64,000 bases of DNA from a virus (IMGVR_UViG_3300021255_000114:295942-359941), one strand, 5' to 3'. Shown: positions 1 to 9,282, counted from the first letter of the stretch. Made by a program: numbers and translations. Notes: a model not told the origin generated them from the sequence alone.

Positions 1-380
1 CGCTGCACGTTGATTACCTTGTCGCTCTTGTAGTCAATCTCCACATAGTAGATGTCACGGTCCATCATTTCATCAATGGTGATGTCCTCGGTTTTTCTTT
101 TGGCATTGTGGAACTCTCTCCATTGTCTATCTCTCCAACACTCTCCATTCTCCTTGTTCCAATCGCAGTAATGTTCGGGGTTGTCCTCGGCGTGTGCGCA
201 AAGGGAACAGAAATGGTCTGGCATTCCGCAGTTCGGACAGATGTATTTGAAACCTTGTTTGAGAATGGAATGGAACACCTCAACTTCCTCGTCACAATGA
301 GGACAATGCTCGGCAAGTTCCTCATTAAAGTATTCGTCTTTCCAAATCTCTGGATTGAATGTGGGTTCTGTCTTCTCCAT
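1..380 (-). CDS. Hypothetical Cys-rich (Zn-ribbon-like) early protein, 3' end beyond the window edge
   Basis: Translated by hand from ATG at 380: MEKTEPTFNPEIWKDEYFNEELAEHCPHCDEEVEVFHSILKQGFKYICPNCGMPDHFCSLCAH..., open to position 1. Lies directly downstream of a promoter cassette. Not in the ORF track. Confidence 0.75.
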   Translation of the reverse strand, partial: MEKTEPTFNPEIWKDEYFNEELAEHCPHCDEEVEVFHSILKQGFKYICPNCGMPDHFCSLCAHAEDNPEHYCDWNKENGECWRDRQWREFHNAKRKTEDITIDEMMDRDIYYVEIDYKSDKVINVQ

Positions 381-462
381 ATTGTCTGATTTTTAATTCA
401 ACGTTGCAAAGATACCTAAAAGAATTGGATTGGGCAATTTTTTAACATTTATTAAGGATTGG

Positions 463-747
463 TTAATATACTTGTGCATAGCCGTGCCTTGATGCAAACA
501 TATTGATGGTGGTGTCGTGAAAGAGGACAAAAAACGAAACCTCCCCATCTGGCATTTTGGACTGTTCGCCACAAGCCACACCTTCAAAAAAGGTGACTGC
601 AAAACGCACAGCATCAGACACGGACTTTTCTCGTGTTTCTTCCATATATTCGACAATTTCATCCATTACGTCAACGACATCGCTGACTATTAGAGCCTTT
701 TTGAATTTATCGGCCCATTCGATTAATTTTTCTTGTGCTTTATTCAT
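463..747 (-). CDS. Hypothetical early protein
   Basis: 94-aa ORF with A-rich start context in the early array. Confidence 0.75.
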   Translation of the reverse strand: MNKAQEKLIEWADKFKKALIVSDVVDVMDEIVEYMEETREKSVSDAVRFAVTFFEGVACGEQSKMPDGEVSFFVLFHDTTINMFASRHGYAQVY

Positions 748-765
748 ATCGTTTTGCGTATTTAG

Positions 766-779
766 GACACAATCGTGTC
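766..779. repeat. GACAC-AATC-GTGTC palindrome, copy 1 of 4 (others at 3533-3546, 10792-10805, 14495-14508)
   Basis: Identical 14-mer at four intergenic positions, same orientation. Confidence 0.9.
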
Positions 780-1016
780 TTATAGATAGTCCTGCGTTTC
801 TTCAAGTATCTCTTTTTCGTGGCAGTCGTTCAGCAACTTTGATATAAGATACTCATACGCAACTTCTGGCTGTAAACCATAGACGTGGTTGAAGAAATCC
901 CAAAAGATATTGGGACTTGATGTGTTCATCATATTTTCAAAAACCGACTTAAGGTCTTCAATTGAAAGCTGTCGCAATTCGTTATTTGCGTTGCGTTTAA
1001 TCGTTGGGGCATTCAT
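780..1016 (-). CDS. Hypothetical early protein (likely start MNAPTIK at 1016)
   Basis: Part of track ORF 780..1091; the ATG at 1016 sits 1 nt after the stop of the upstream gene. Confidence 0.7.
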   Translation of the reverse strand: MNAPTIKRNANNELRQLSIEDLKSVFENMMNTSSPNIFWDFFNHVYGLQPEVAYEYLISKLLNDCHEKEILEETQDYL

Positions 1017-1017
1017 T

Positions 1018-1557
1018 TTAAAAAATATTGCTGATTGAATTGATTTTAGTCCACCATCTGTTATTCGGCTCAATATCCTCGCCTTTATCAATGGCGTTCT
1101 GCGCCCATTTCTCGCCGTTCTTGTTGAGCATTTTAAGGGTGAAACAGTTGGTGCCGTCGTGGTGGTGTGATTGGATATGGATAAAACCGTCTTTAGTGTT
1201 CAATTCAACCTCAATGTCGTTGATGTCACGTCCGAAACAACGTTTGATTGCTGGAATAATACCCTTAATGACAACGGGCTTGATTGTCGGACGACCCCAC
1301 CACAGACCTAATGTTCCTTCAAGGATGAAGGTTTTGTCTTTCAGTTTGGAGTGCATTAGATTGTCCATATCGCAATCATAGTTGATTTGCGCCTCGTCAG
1401 CACACCAATCATAATATCCGGCGCTGCCATCGGGTTCGGGTTCAATACTGTTGTCCTCGCAGTATTCGAGATAGTCGGTATATTCAAATTGGGTGCTATC
1501 GGTGGTTACGAGAACGTAATTTTCTTTTTTTTCATTTTTGCCCATAATTTGCTTCAT
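1018..1557 (-). CDS. Hypothetical early protein
   Basis: 179-aa ORF directly downstream of promoter cassette 1563-1613. Confidence 0.8.
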   Translation of the reverse strand: MKQIMGKNEKKENYVLVTTDSTQFEYTDYLEYCEDNSIEPEPDGSAGYYDWCADEAQINYDCDMDNLMHSKLKDKTFILEGTLGLWWGRPTIKPVVIKGIIPAIKRCFGRDINDIEVELNTKDGFIHIQSHHHDGTNCFTLKMLNKNGEKWAQNAIDKGEDIEPNNRWWTKINSISNIF

Positions 1558-1625
1558 CTTAATTCAACGATGCAAAGATACTTAATTGCTTTGTTCTGGT
1601 AAAATTTTTAACATTTCTTAACATA

Positions 1626-1641
1626 TGTTTCACGTGAAACA
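1626..1641. other. parS: parS centromere-like site, perfect TGTTTCACGTGAAACA (copy 1)
   Basis: Exact match to the canonical ParB/Spo0J parS palindrome; intergenic; extends to an 18-bp palindrome at 1625-1642. Confidence 0.85.
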
Positions 1642-1662
1642 TTTGGTGTATATGTTTTCCGT

Positions 1663-1713
1663 TTCAACATCGGTAAGATAACAATTTTTTCTGAACCGAC
1701 CAAATTTTTAACA
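1663..1713 (-). promoter_or_regulatory. TATCTTAC-class promoter-like element with no ORF of its own (1 of 8)
   Basis: Same geometry as the early cassette but core T(T/G)GTTATCTTAC-N3-TGTTGAA. Other copies: 4478-4528(+), 6975-7025(-), 8792-8842(+), 11500-11550(-), 13320-13370(-), 14432-14482(+), 15264-15314(-). Confidence 0.75.
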
Positions 1714-1716
1714 AAT

Positions 1717-1747
1717 AAAAAACCGTCCAACCAAAGGCCAGACGGTT
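1717..1747 (-). terminator. Intrinsic terminator
   Basis: Minus strand AACCGTCTGGCC-TTT-GGTTGGACGGTT followed by TTTT. Confidence 0.8.
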
Positions 1748-1880
1748 CACAACAATAAGTACAATCGATAAGAGCATACTAAATCAATTTAAACACAATA
1801 AACAAACATAGAGATTAAGGATAAGATTGTTAAACATATCCGCATACTCTGTGTAACGGTTAATCCCGTTGAAAGTATAT

Positions 1881-2165
1881 CTAATCAGTTTGTTTATCAT
1901 AGGTGCGTTCCACATATTCTTCACAATTATTACATTCCATTTGACAAATGTCTCGGTGAAACTTGTAGCAATGCCCGTCCCTTGAAGAGAAAATACAATC
2001 TGTACCATATTGCGGAATTGGTATGTCGAGCAGTATTTTGTCACATTCGTTGAGATAATTCCCATTTCGATGTTCCAACATTGCAAGAAAATGGATGCAG
2101 TGCCTTTTGTCCTTACAGTCAAGCCGATTGCAAAGGCTCGTTGTTTCACCAAATCGTTTGTTCAT
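1881..2165 (-). CDS. Hypothetical Cys-rich protein
   Basis: 94-aa ORF; upstream AGTATATTT promoter-like motif at 2189-2197. Confidence 0.7.
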   Translation of the reverse strand: MNKRFGETTSLCNRLDCKDKRHCIHFLAMLEHRNGNYLNECDKILLDIPIPQYGTDCIFSSRDGHCYKFHRDICQMECNNCEEYVERTYDKQTD

Positions 2166-2228
2166 TATTTGTTCTCGCTTTATATATTAAATATACTCCA
2201 AAAGTGAAAATTTTTACAAGCAGGAAAC

Positions 2229-2262
2229 AAAAAAAAACCGCCACAATTTTTTTGCAGCGGTT
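2229..2262 (-). terminator. Intrinsic terminator
   Basis: AACCGC...GCGGTT stem with a long U tract on minus. Confidence 0.7.
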
Positions 2263-2313
2263 ATAGAGTGTTTGCGTTTTTATATTTTTGTTGTATCTGC
2301 GCTTATGGACTGT

Positions 2314-2646
2314 TTACAACACCTTTGCAACGACCCAATCAAGCAAATCAAAGTAATCAATGTTGCACTCATCGTGCACAAGGTCCACATTTTCCGCGTC
2401 CTCACCAAGATAATAGGCGTGCAGGTCAGCATAAACGTATAGACCCCTTGCCCAAAGTTTGGTAACGTAGCAGTCAGCCAAATCACCCTCGAAGTGAGTT
2501 GATGCAATGCTCGGTGCACCGACATTTTCCCAATCGAACTCAACCGGCCCGTGTTCGCCCAGCAGTTTGCATAATTCAAGCCGTGCTTTGGATTGAAGTT
2601 CATAACCGTCTTTGATAATTTTCTTGTATTCCTCTTTGGTTTTCAT
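2314..2646 (-). CDS. Hypothetical early protein
   Basis: 110-aa ORF, co-oriented with the array. Confidence 0.8.
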   Translation of the reverse strand: MKTKEEYKKIIKDGYELQSKARLELCKLLGEHGPVEFDWENVGAPSIASTHFEGDLADCYVTKLWARGLYVYADLHAYYLGEDAENVDLVHDECNIDYFDLLDWVVAKVL

Positions 2647-2667
2647 AATATACTTTTTTTAAAAAGA

Positions 2668-2913
2668 TTATTTAGCCCACTTATTGTATTCCTCTTCCTC
2701 AACATAGATTGGGAACGTGTAGTAGTTTAAAAAGCAGTCCTCACCATAGTTGATGTCTTGGCAAAAATCGTCAAGGGTGTAGATGTCGGCAGTGCCTTTT
2801 TCAACCCCGTCTTTTGCAAGACCATAGCGGACATCGTCACTCGAACATTCGAGCGTATCAAGGTCGTAGTCCTCGCAGTCCACGTAGAAACATAAAACAA
2901 GTGCTTTTTTCAT
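2668..2913 (-). CDS. Hypothetical early protein (likely start MKKALV at 2913)
   Basis: The track start at 2973 lies inside the promoter cassette; the ATG at 2913 follows the cassette. Confidence 0.75.
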   Translation of the reverse strand: MKKALVLCFYVDCEDYDLDTLECSSDDVRYGLAKDGVEKGTADIYTLDDFCQDINYGEDCFLNYYTFPIYVEEEEYNKWAK

Positions 2914-3023
2914 AATGTTATCTCTTTTATTGTTCAACGATGCAAAGATACTTAAAAATTTTTGATTGGGCAATTTTTTAACATTTGCAGTGATGGCAAG
3001 TTAGATTACCAACAGATACTTCC

Positions 3024-3455
3024 TTATGCTTTTGCCATAAATTTCTTTAAGACGTATTGCCTTACGTCAAGGGGCAATTCACTCCAAAAGTCCCAATTAC
3101 CCGTGCGGATTTCCTCGTTACGCTCGTCATAGCACAGTTGCATACCGCCAATGCAATCCCAATTGGGTTCCTCGTCGCACTCTTCCATTTCAGATGTCAT
3201 TGGAAAGCAAGCGCGAAGATGCTGCGTCAGTAAGTGTTCAGCCGTGTCATAGTCAAAATCGTGTCCATTAGGCTCATAGGGGCATTCGGTATCGTCCCTA
3301 ATATCAATTATATCATCCATACATATATGGTTTTTGAGACCATCTGTGGCAATCTTTTGGATAGCACACTCAAATATTTGCTCATTGGTGGCATTTTCGT
3401 CCACAATAACGCGAACACCGAACTCAATCCATATCAATTTAGCAACTTTTTTCAT
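3024..3455 (-). CDS. Hypothetical early protein
   Basis: 143-aa ORF after promoter 3474-3524. Confidence 0.8.
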   Translation of the reverse strand: MKKVAKLIWIEFGVRVIVDENATNEQIFECAIQKIATDGLKNHICMDDIIDIRDDTECPYEPNGHDFDYDTAEHLLTQHLRACFPMTSEMEECDEEPNWDCIGGMQLCYDERNEEIRTGNWDFWSELPLDVRQYVLKKFMAKA

Positions 3456-3557
3456 AATATATCTTTTTTATTGTTCAACGTGGTAAAGATACCTAAATGT
3501 TTTGGATTGCACAAATTTTTAACATTTGTTAGGACACAATCGTGTCTTATTTGCCCT

Positions 3558-3929
3558 CTATTTTTTATAATGCCTGTTATGATATTTTAATGCTTGATGC
3601 TCAAGTTTCTTACGGGCTTGATTTTTCTCCTTACGGTCAAAACTTGATAACTTCTGGAATTCCGTTTTTGCTCCTTGTGTCAACTCTTCAATCGTGGGTA
3701 TGGACACCGGCATTCTATGATAAGTCAGTGTATTGAAATCGGCATTCGATTGTTTGCTGTTTTTTTGTTCATCAAGACTTACAATTTCAAGATTTTTCCG
3801 ATACTCTTCGGGGATTTCGTTGATGTCAGTAACGATTTTTATATTTGCAATCCCCTTCAGTTCATCGTTAATAATGTTTTCAACCTTGGGGACTTCTTCT
3901 GGCTTGGCAAGTATATAAATCTCTTTCAT
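3558..3929 (-). CDS. Hypothetical early protein
   Basis: 123-aa ORF. Confidence 0.75.
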   Translation of the reverse strand: MKEIYILAKPEEVPKVENIINDELKGIANIKIVTDINEIPEEYRKNLEIVSLDEQKNSKQSNADFNTLTYHRMPVSIPTIEELTQGAKTEFQKLSSFDRKEKNQARKKLEHQALKYHNRHYKK

Positions 3930-3933
3930 ATTT

Positions 3934-4383
3934 TTACATTTTTAAAAGTTCAAAGATGGGAGCCATTTTCATTGCACCGAGAACAATGTCGGCTTGCTCC
4001 TGCGTTTCGAGCGTAGGCGTATGGTCAGCAAACCATTGTTTCTGCTCGGGAGAGAGTGCATCGTGTGCAGCCTTGAACTCGTCAAGGAACTTGCCACATT
4101 CACCCTTGCATTTGGCTTCCTCAAAGTCAATAAACCACTTTTTGAACTCGGGACGAAGATAGTCGGGAACTCTGTCAATCAGCCGTTCCATAACGGTTTC
4201 ATACTTGAAACATTCCCAAGTGCGGTTGAGGTAGGAAACACGGGCTTTGTATTCAACCCCGTTAAGATAGATTGACGCGTGATGGCAGAAACCGTTTCTG
4301 GTATTTGTAGCCCAACAATCGATTGTATAATTTTCACCGTTAATCTTGTGGGTGAAAGATGTGATGTTTTGTTTCTTAACCAT
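3934..4383 (-). CDS. Hypothetical early protein
   Basis: 149-aa ORF after promoter 4403-4453. Confidence 0.8.
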   Translation of the reverse strand: MVKKQNITSFTHKINGENYTIDCWATNTRNGFCHHASIYLNGVEYKARVSYLNRTWECFKYETVMERLIDRVPDYLRPEFKKWFIDFEEAKCKGECGKFLDEFKAAHDALSPEQKQWFADHTPTLETQEQADIVLGAMKMAPIFELLKM

Positions 4384-4535
4384 ATCCTATTGTTTTTTTC
4401 ATTTCAACACTGTAAAGATACGTAAATAAAACAACACCAACAAAATTTTAACATTTATTAGAAGTATTTTTAAATTTTGTTAAAAGTTTGCCCATAACCG
4501 GAATTTTTGTTATCTTACCTGTGTTGAAGGGAAAT

Positions 4536-4568
4536 AAAAAAACCCATACTGTCTTGCAACTGTATGGG
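4536..4568 (-). terminator. Intrinsic terminator
   Basis: CCCATAC...GTATGGG stem followed by TTTTTTT on minus. Confidence 0.8.
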
Positions 4569-4602
4569 AAAATATATGAAACACAAAAGTATTACAACCT
4601 CC

Positions 4603-4992
4603 TCAATCATCCATATCGTCCGATGGCTCAAAGTCTTCCTCGAAACTGCCTTCATCAAGGATTGTTTCGGGATACCGCCAATCACAGATTTGAAAAAGGC
4701 AGTCATCAATTTTGTTCTCCACAACGTCTTCAAGGCGATAGTGTGGATAATAGTCCTGCATATACTCCAATAGGAGTTGCCGCAGGGAGTTACGGGTGTA
4801 AGCGTCCCCATTCTCAATAAGTTCAAGGTCGGTTTTGTCTTCTCCCTTGCCCTGCATTTCTATCAGTCTTTCCATTGAACCTTCGGGGATATAGCAGACT
4901 TTATCGAAATCGTTCTCAAAAGCAGCATTATCCTTGAAGCAAAAGCCTTCCGTGGTTTGGGTGATGTTCTCAATGTACTTGTCGATATTCAT
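4603..4992 (-). CDS. Hypothetical acidic early protein
   Basis: 129-aa ORF after promoter 5012-5062. Confidence 0.8.
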   Translation of the reverse strand: MNIDKYIENITQTTEGFCFKDNAAFENDFDKVCYIPEGSMERLIEMQGKGEDKTDLELIENGDAYTRNSLRQLLLEYMQDYYPHYRLEDVVENKIDDCLFQICDWRYPETILDEGSFEEDFEPSDDMDD

Positions 4993-5066
4993 TTTTTTGC
5001 GTTTTTAATTGTTCAACGATGCAAAGATACCCAAAAGAATTGGAATACGCAAATTTTTAACACTTG

Positions 5067-5333
5067 TTAAGAAATGGGAATGATTTCCTCCACAGCGTCA
5101 ATGCACCAGCCATATTTGGCGGAAAGTTCGTCCATAACCGCATCCTCGTTGTCGCATTCAATAACGGTTTCGGCAGGCAGATTGTAGTCGGAAGGGTCAC
5201 CGTCACAATCCCAATCAATGCCGATTACTCGGTACTTTATGTGGTTTGGGGCGTTTTTCAGCATCATCTGGCTTGTTTCAATAACCTTTTTAAGGACTTC
5301 GTTTTTGTTTTTTTTTTCGTCTATAATGCACAT
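5067..5333 (-). CDS. Hypothetical early protein
   Basis: 88-aa ORF whose stop abuts the next cassette. Confidence 0.75.
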   Translation of the reverse strand: MCIIDEKKNKNEVLKKVIETSQMMLKNAPNHIKYRVIGIDWDCDGDPSDYNLPAETVIECDNEDAVMDELSAKYGWCIDAVEEIIPIS

Positions 5334-5349
5334 AACGTTATATGTTTAT

Positions 5350-5847
5350 TCAATCCAATCGAACAACCTTAAGTTTCTCTGCATCCCAAGTGTAACCCCT
5401 GCTTTTGAGTTTTTCTATTGCCAGATTTTTCTCTTCCTCTGTGGCAACGCGTTCGTTTACAATTTCGCCAGTGGAGCAAAGACTTCCGGTTGTGACCTCA
5501 ATAAAAGGGTTGGCGGTTTCAATCGTAACGTCAGCAAACGAGATAACATCCCCGTGCGGATTTGATTTGTCAATACACTTGTGGATAGAAACCCATTTAC
5601 TGCCGGAAATCAACTCCCTATAAACAAACGTACCTGCTTGAAAACCCTCTGATGCTTCGCCGAAAGCCAATTTGTTGAAAATCTCTTTGGGCATAATTTT
5701 CTTCTCGGCCTCAGTCAGTTCATCCCAACTTCCAATGTCGGCAATGGAGTACGCAAAGTGTTCCAAGAGGGCGTTAATGATTTCGTGTGAAGCACCTGCA
5801 ATTTCGTCATTGATATTGCGGATTGCTTTGTTTCGGTCTATCTGCAT
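5350..5847 (-). CDS. Hypothetical early protein
   Basis: 165-aa ORF. Confidence 0.8.
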   Translation of the reverse strand: MQIDRNKAIRNINDEIAGASHEIINALLEHFAYSIADIGSWDELTEAEKKIMPKEIFNKLAFGEASEGFQAGTFVYRELISGSKWVSIHKCIDKSNPHGDVISFADVTIETANPFIEVTTGSLCSTGEIVNERVATEEEKNLAIEKLKSRGYTWDAEKLKVVRLD

Positions 5848-5850
5848 AAC

Positions 5851-5946
5851 TTATAGGGTTTTAATGTTTTTCAACTGTTTTTCGGACAGAACAAGGCGGA
5901 AATCGCCATAGATAAGGTTCTGCATTGCGTTAATGATGTTTTTCAT
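5851..5946 (-). CDS. Small hypothetical protein (31 aa, MKNIINAMQNLIYGDFRLVLSEKQLKNIKTL)
   Basis: Hand translation; fills the gap between genes; TAATG-coupled to the upstream ORF. Confidence 0.6.
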   Translation of the reverse strand: MKNIINAMQNLIYGDFRLVLSEKQLKNIKTL

Positions 5947-6038
5947 TAGTCATTGTGTTTTGAGGGTTCATAAATTTCTTGCCCGTGGATGAAATCGAGT
6001 TCATCGGTCATTTCAGCGGCGTGTTTCTGTTCGTTCAT
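5946..6038 (-). CDS. Small hypothetical protein (30 aa, MNEQKHAAEMTDELDFIHGQEIYEPSKHND)
   Basis: Hand translation; first ORF after promoter 6062-6112. Confidence 0.6.
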   Translation of the reverse strand: MNEQKHAAEMTDELDFIHGQEIYEPSKHND

Positions 6039-6116
6039 ATTATTTAATGTTTTTTTATTTATTCAACGTGGTAAAGATACCTAAAATTTTTTGATTGGGC
6101 AATTTTTTAACATTTG

Positions 6117-6407
6117 TCAAGACATAATCGGTTCAACTTCACTGATGATTACATCGTAGTGGTCGTTGTTGTAATCTCCGTCCATAAAGGCGGAGAAAAA
6201 GGTTTCGACTTCGGAATCACTGAACTTCGTGGTGCAGGTCTCAATTTTATAATTTTCCGAGCCTGTGCGTTCTTTTTTCCATTTCTCAATGCTTTTGTTA
6301 TAAGCCTCCGACGCTTTATTGAAGTCATCCGTCACCAATACGATTTTGTTCTCTGTGGTGTCGTAGGGCAGCACCTCGTTACTATGTACAACGTATAGTT
6401 TTTTCAT
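6117..6407 (-). CDS. Hypothetical early protein
   Basis: 96-aa ORF. Confidence 0.75.
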   Translation of the reverse strand: MKKLYVVHSNEVLPYDTTENKIVLVTDDFNKASEAYNKSIEKWKKERTGSENYKIETCTTKFSDSEVETFFSAFMDGDYNNDHYDVIISEVEPIMS

Positions 6408-6418
6408 ATTGTTTATCT

Positions 6419-6550
6419 TTAACTGATTACGTAACCACGATATTTTCTTGCCACAGTGGAGTAAGCTTCCTGATAGGTTTCAGCCTTTACACTCTCGGAG
6501 CAGACATACTCCCCGTTCAATTTCTCGATGGTAAATTCCCAAGTTTTCAT
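6419..6550 (-). CDS. Small hypothetical protein (43 aa, MKTWEFTIEKLNGEYVCSESVKAETYQEAYSTVARKYRGYVIS)
   Basis: Hand translation; first ORF after promoter 6568-6618. Confidence 0.7.
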   Translation of the reverse strand: MKTWEFTIEKLNGEYVCSESVKAETYQEAYSTVARKYRGYVIS

Positions 6551-6612
6551 AGATATATTGTTTTTGTTTCAACACTTTAAAGATACTTAAAGGGATTGGG
6601 GAAAGCAAATTT

Positions 6613-6846
6613 TTAAGAAACTTTAACGATTTCGACGGGGCTCCAATCATAGCAATCCTCGGGATATTCACTTGTTGCAAGGCTGTCTACCCCGTCCCTG
6701 CGCTCATAGTAAAACGTGGCACCACCACAAGCGGTGAATGTAAATGTAACATCATCCCCCATTCTGCGAAATCTTTTCGAGTTTTCGTTTATGGTTTTTG
6801 ACTTAATCTGTTTTAAATCGTAAGGGTTTTTAAAGTATATTTTCAT
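6613..6846 (-). CDS. Hypothetical early protein
   Basis: 77-aa ORF after promoter 6865-6915; its stop lies within the next box. Confidence 0.75.
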   Translation of the reverse strand: MKIYFKNPYDLKQIKSKTINENSKRFRRMGDDVTFTFTACGGATFYYERRDGVDSLATSEYPEDCYDWSPVEIVKVS

Positions 6847-6940
6847 AACTCTGTTCTTTTTTTATTCAACACTGCAAAGATAAGTATAACTTTTTGAATG
6901 GCCAAGATTTTAACATTTATTAACATTTGAATGGTTTGAA

Positions 6941-6956
6941 TGTTTCACGTGAAACA
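6941..6956. other. parS: parS centromere-like site, perfect TGTTTCACGTGAAACA (copy 2)
   Basis: Exact canonical parS; intergenic between a TATCTTAC element and an early cassette. Confidence 0.85.
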
Positions 6957-7043
6957 TATATTTTTTATCCCCCTTTTAACAAGGGTAAGATAACCAATTT
7001 TTTTGAATCAGCCAATTTTTTAACATTTGATAATAGACAAAAT

Positions 7044-7075
7044 AAAAACGGACCAACCAATCTCGGTCAGTCCGT
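7044..7075 (-). terminator. Intrinsic terminator
   Basis: ACGGAC...GTCCGT stem followed by TTTT on minus. Confidence 0.7.
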
Positions 7076-7093
7076 ACATTATGACAAAAAAAA

Positions 7094-7357
7094 TTACTTG
7101 ATTTTGGTCAGTTTTGGTGTCAGTCTATCCAACTGCATAAAGTTGCGGAAATGCTTGCAGTCGAACTTGTAGGTTCCCACAATCTGTTGGCCAATGTAGA
7201 TTTTGGCGGTGAACTCTCCGCAGAAAAGCGATTTTTCAAGCCCGTGACCTTTGATTTCCTTATAGTCCTCGGAAACAATCTCCGACAGAACATTGTTGTA
7301 GTGCTTGAAAGATGGGACGGATTTGATTATCTCGTCATTGTGTTTCATTATACGCAT
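7094..7357 (-). CDS. Hypothetical early protein (likely start MRIMKHND)
   Basis: 3' part of track ORF 7094..7498; the longer start overlaps gene 7371..7568. Confidence 0.7.
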   Translation of the reverse strand: MRIMKHNDEIIKSVPSFKHYNNVLSEIVSEDYKEIKGHGLEKSLFCGEFTAKIYIGQQIVGTYKFDCKHFRNFMQLDRLTPKLTKIK

Positions 7358-7370
7358 AGTGATATGGTTT

Positions 7371-7568
7371 TTATTGTTCAACATAGAGGATAAAGTCCAA
7401 ACTGTCTCCGAAGTTCTGCTCGGCAAGGTGCTGCAACCACTCGCGGTCTTCTCGCAAGTTCTTATAAAGTCTGCCGTAAAAGCCTTGTGAGCAAGCAAGG
7501 TCTTTGCACCAACCCAATATTCTCAACTCGGCTTGGGTGTAGTCTTCTAATTTCGTGTCAGCATTCAT
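7371..7568 (-). CDS. Hypothetical early protein
   Basis: 65-aa ORF after promoter 7586-7636. Confidence 0.75.
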   Translation of the reverse strand: MNADTKLEDYTQAELRILGWCKDLACSQGFYGRLYKNLREDREWLQHLAEQNFGDSLDFILYVEQ

Positions 7569-7651
7569 TGGTATATTGTTTTTAATTCAACACCACAAAG
7601 ATACATAAAATAGTTTAACTGGCCAAAATTTTAACATTTGCTATGTTTTCA

Positions 7652-7828
7652 TCATTGGTTTGTCAGTTCACTAATGTAAGCATAACACTCATAACGGCTC
7701 ATAGTCTTGGGGGAACAGAAGTCAAGACGTAGTTGGAGTTCAATATCACCCATACCCCAATCATCACAGTTGTCGTAATAATGATTGAACCGTGCTTTGA
7801 TAAGTTCCTTTTCTTCTTCTTTTGACAT
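7652..7828 (-). CDS. Hypothetical early protein (likely start MSKEEEK)
   Basis: The track start lies in the promoter; the ATG at 7828 follows cassette 7848-7898. Confidence 0.7.
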   Translation of the reverse strand: MSKEEEKELIKARFNHYYDNCDDWGMGDIELQLRLDFCSPKTMSRYECYAYISELTNQ

Positions 7829-7892
7829 AGTAATCCGTTTAATTAGTTTCAATACTGCAAAGATACGTAAAATACTTAAATTGACCAAAATT

Positions 7893-8093
7893 TTAACATT
7901 TGTTAAGAACCTCGGTCAATAATTCGTTAAACTCCTTTAAGAGTTGGTTTCCGTGGTGCAGATACTCGGCATCGGTTTGACTGCAAAACTCGCCACGGTC
8001 AGCAATCTCGCTTTCCTCGTTGATGAGTTTCATTGCCTTGTTGAGTTTTTCCAAGCCGCCATTGGCAATCAGTGCTTGCTTTAATGTGTTCAT
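7893..8093 (-). CDS. Hypothetical early protein
   Basis: 66-aa ORF ending TGT-TAA inside the next box. Confidence 0.75.
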   Translation of the reverse strand: MNTLKQALIANGGLEKLNKAMKLINEESEIADRGEFCSQTDAEYLHHGNQLLKEFNELLTEVLNKC

Positions 8094-8118
8094 ATTTCAA
8101 AGTGATTTATGGTGTGAC

Positions 8119-8346
8119 TTACGCGGTTTGCTCAAACTCCTCGAATTCATCCTCGTTATGGATTGCACAGATGAACTCACCATCTTTGTACACATCAACA
8201 CCACCGAGTATGTCGGGTTCGATGCAATACTCGTCCTCGTAGTAGAAACCACGGAAAAGGTAGCCGTTCCACGTTGCTGTTTCACCCACTTTCATTTTTA
8301 AGAGTTCGTCAAAATCAAGACACTCGAAAGTCTTCATTGTTTCCAT
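8119..8346 (-). CDS. Hypothetical early protein
   Basis: 75-aa ORF after promoter 8381-8431. Confidence 0.75.
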   Translation of the reverse strand: METMKTFECLDFDELLKMKVGETATWNGYLFRGFYYEDEYCIEPDILGGVDVYKDGEFICAIHNEDEFEEFEQTA

Positions 8347-8432
8347 TTTTACTTATTTTTGATGTTTGTGTTTCTTTTAATTCAACGATGCAAAGATACC
8401 CAAAAGAATTGGAATACGCAAATTTTTAACAT

Positions 8433-8681
8433 TTATTTTGTTTCATAGTATTCCACGTTCCCAACGATAAACCCCATACCGCTATATTTGTCCTCTTGTA
8501 TTGTTACGCAAATTGAAAGGTAATTAAGGTCAATGTACGAATATTCACCATCTACTGAACGAATAATGGATGCGTACTTATTCGGTTTGCTGAAATGCTT
8601 TTTAATCTCTGCAAACGTTTTGCTTTGCAGTATTCTATCTAATTTGATATAATCCTCAAACAAGGTTTTTGGTAACGTCAT
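8433..8681 (-). CDS. Hypothetical early protein
   Basis: 82-aa ORF after promoter 8716-8766. Confidence 0.75.
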   Translation of the reverse strand: MTLPKTLFEDYIKLDRILQSKTFAEIKKHFSKPNKYASIIRSVDGEYSYIDLNYLSICVTIQEDKYSGMGFIVGNVEYYETK

Positions 8682-8855
8682 TGTTTGTAATATTTGTGGT
8701 TTTTGCTCTTTTTAATTCAACACTGTAAAGATACTTAAAGGAATTAGATTAAGCAAATTTTTAACATTTCCTCAAAATAAGCATTATTAAATGTTAAAAA
8801 CTTGCCGGTATCGGAAATTTTTGTTATCTTACCTATGTTGAAAGGGGAAAAAGAC

Positions 8856-8896
8856 AACCGACACGGAGTATCTATCATTTCAACTCGGTGTCGGTT
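8856..8896. terminator. Long hairpin, probable bidirectional terminator
   Basis: AACCGACAC(G)GAGT...ACTC(G)GTGTCGGTT stem with T-rich tails on both strands. Confidence 0.65.
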
Positions 8897-9240
8897 TTAT
8901 TGCGTGCACCCTCTTGTCGGGGGCGGGCGCTTTGTTTTGTTATATCTTATCTGTAATATATTCTCTTTACTTCTTCATAACTTTAATGTTTTAGGGGTTA
9001 ATACTGTCACTACACATAATACGATACTATACTTTATGGGATTTAAACCTTTACTTGGTGGTGTCCTTATTGTGGTGCATATTTGGGCGATTTTAGGGTT
9101 TCATTATAAATTTAGGATTACAAATTTTCACTTATACTATTACCTATTAGGGTCGGTCACGTGTTCTCATACTACTGACTTTTTAGAGCGGAATACCGCC
9201 ATTTGTTAATTACTTGGTGATAGGGTCGCTTTTTTAATTC
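8856..9240 (-). ncRNA. Promoter-driven transcript with no long ORF, containing six minigenes (3-11 aa)
   Basis: Full early cassette at 9238-9288 and hairpin terminator at 8856-8896. The only ORFs between them are 9167-9202, 9147-9170, 9093-9104, 9051-9080, 8991-9017 and 8967-8978. Confidence 0.6.
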
Positions 9241-9282
9241 AACGTGGCAAAGATACTTAATTCTTTTGACGTGTGCAAATTT

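Noticed and set aside
1664-1845. Hydrophobic mini-ORFs (MRICLTILSLISMFVYCV at 1789-1845, and one from 1777) as type I toxins
   Set aside because: T-rich 3' UTR sequence yields hydrophobic peptides by chance; the second runs through a terminator, and no antitoxin-like RNA is evident
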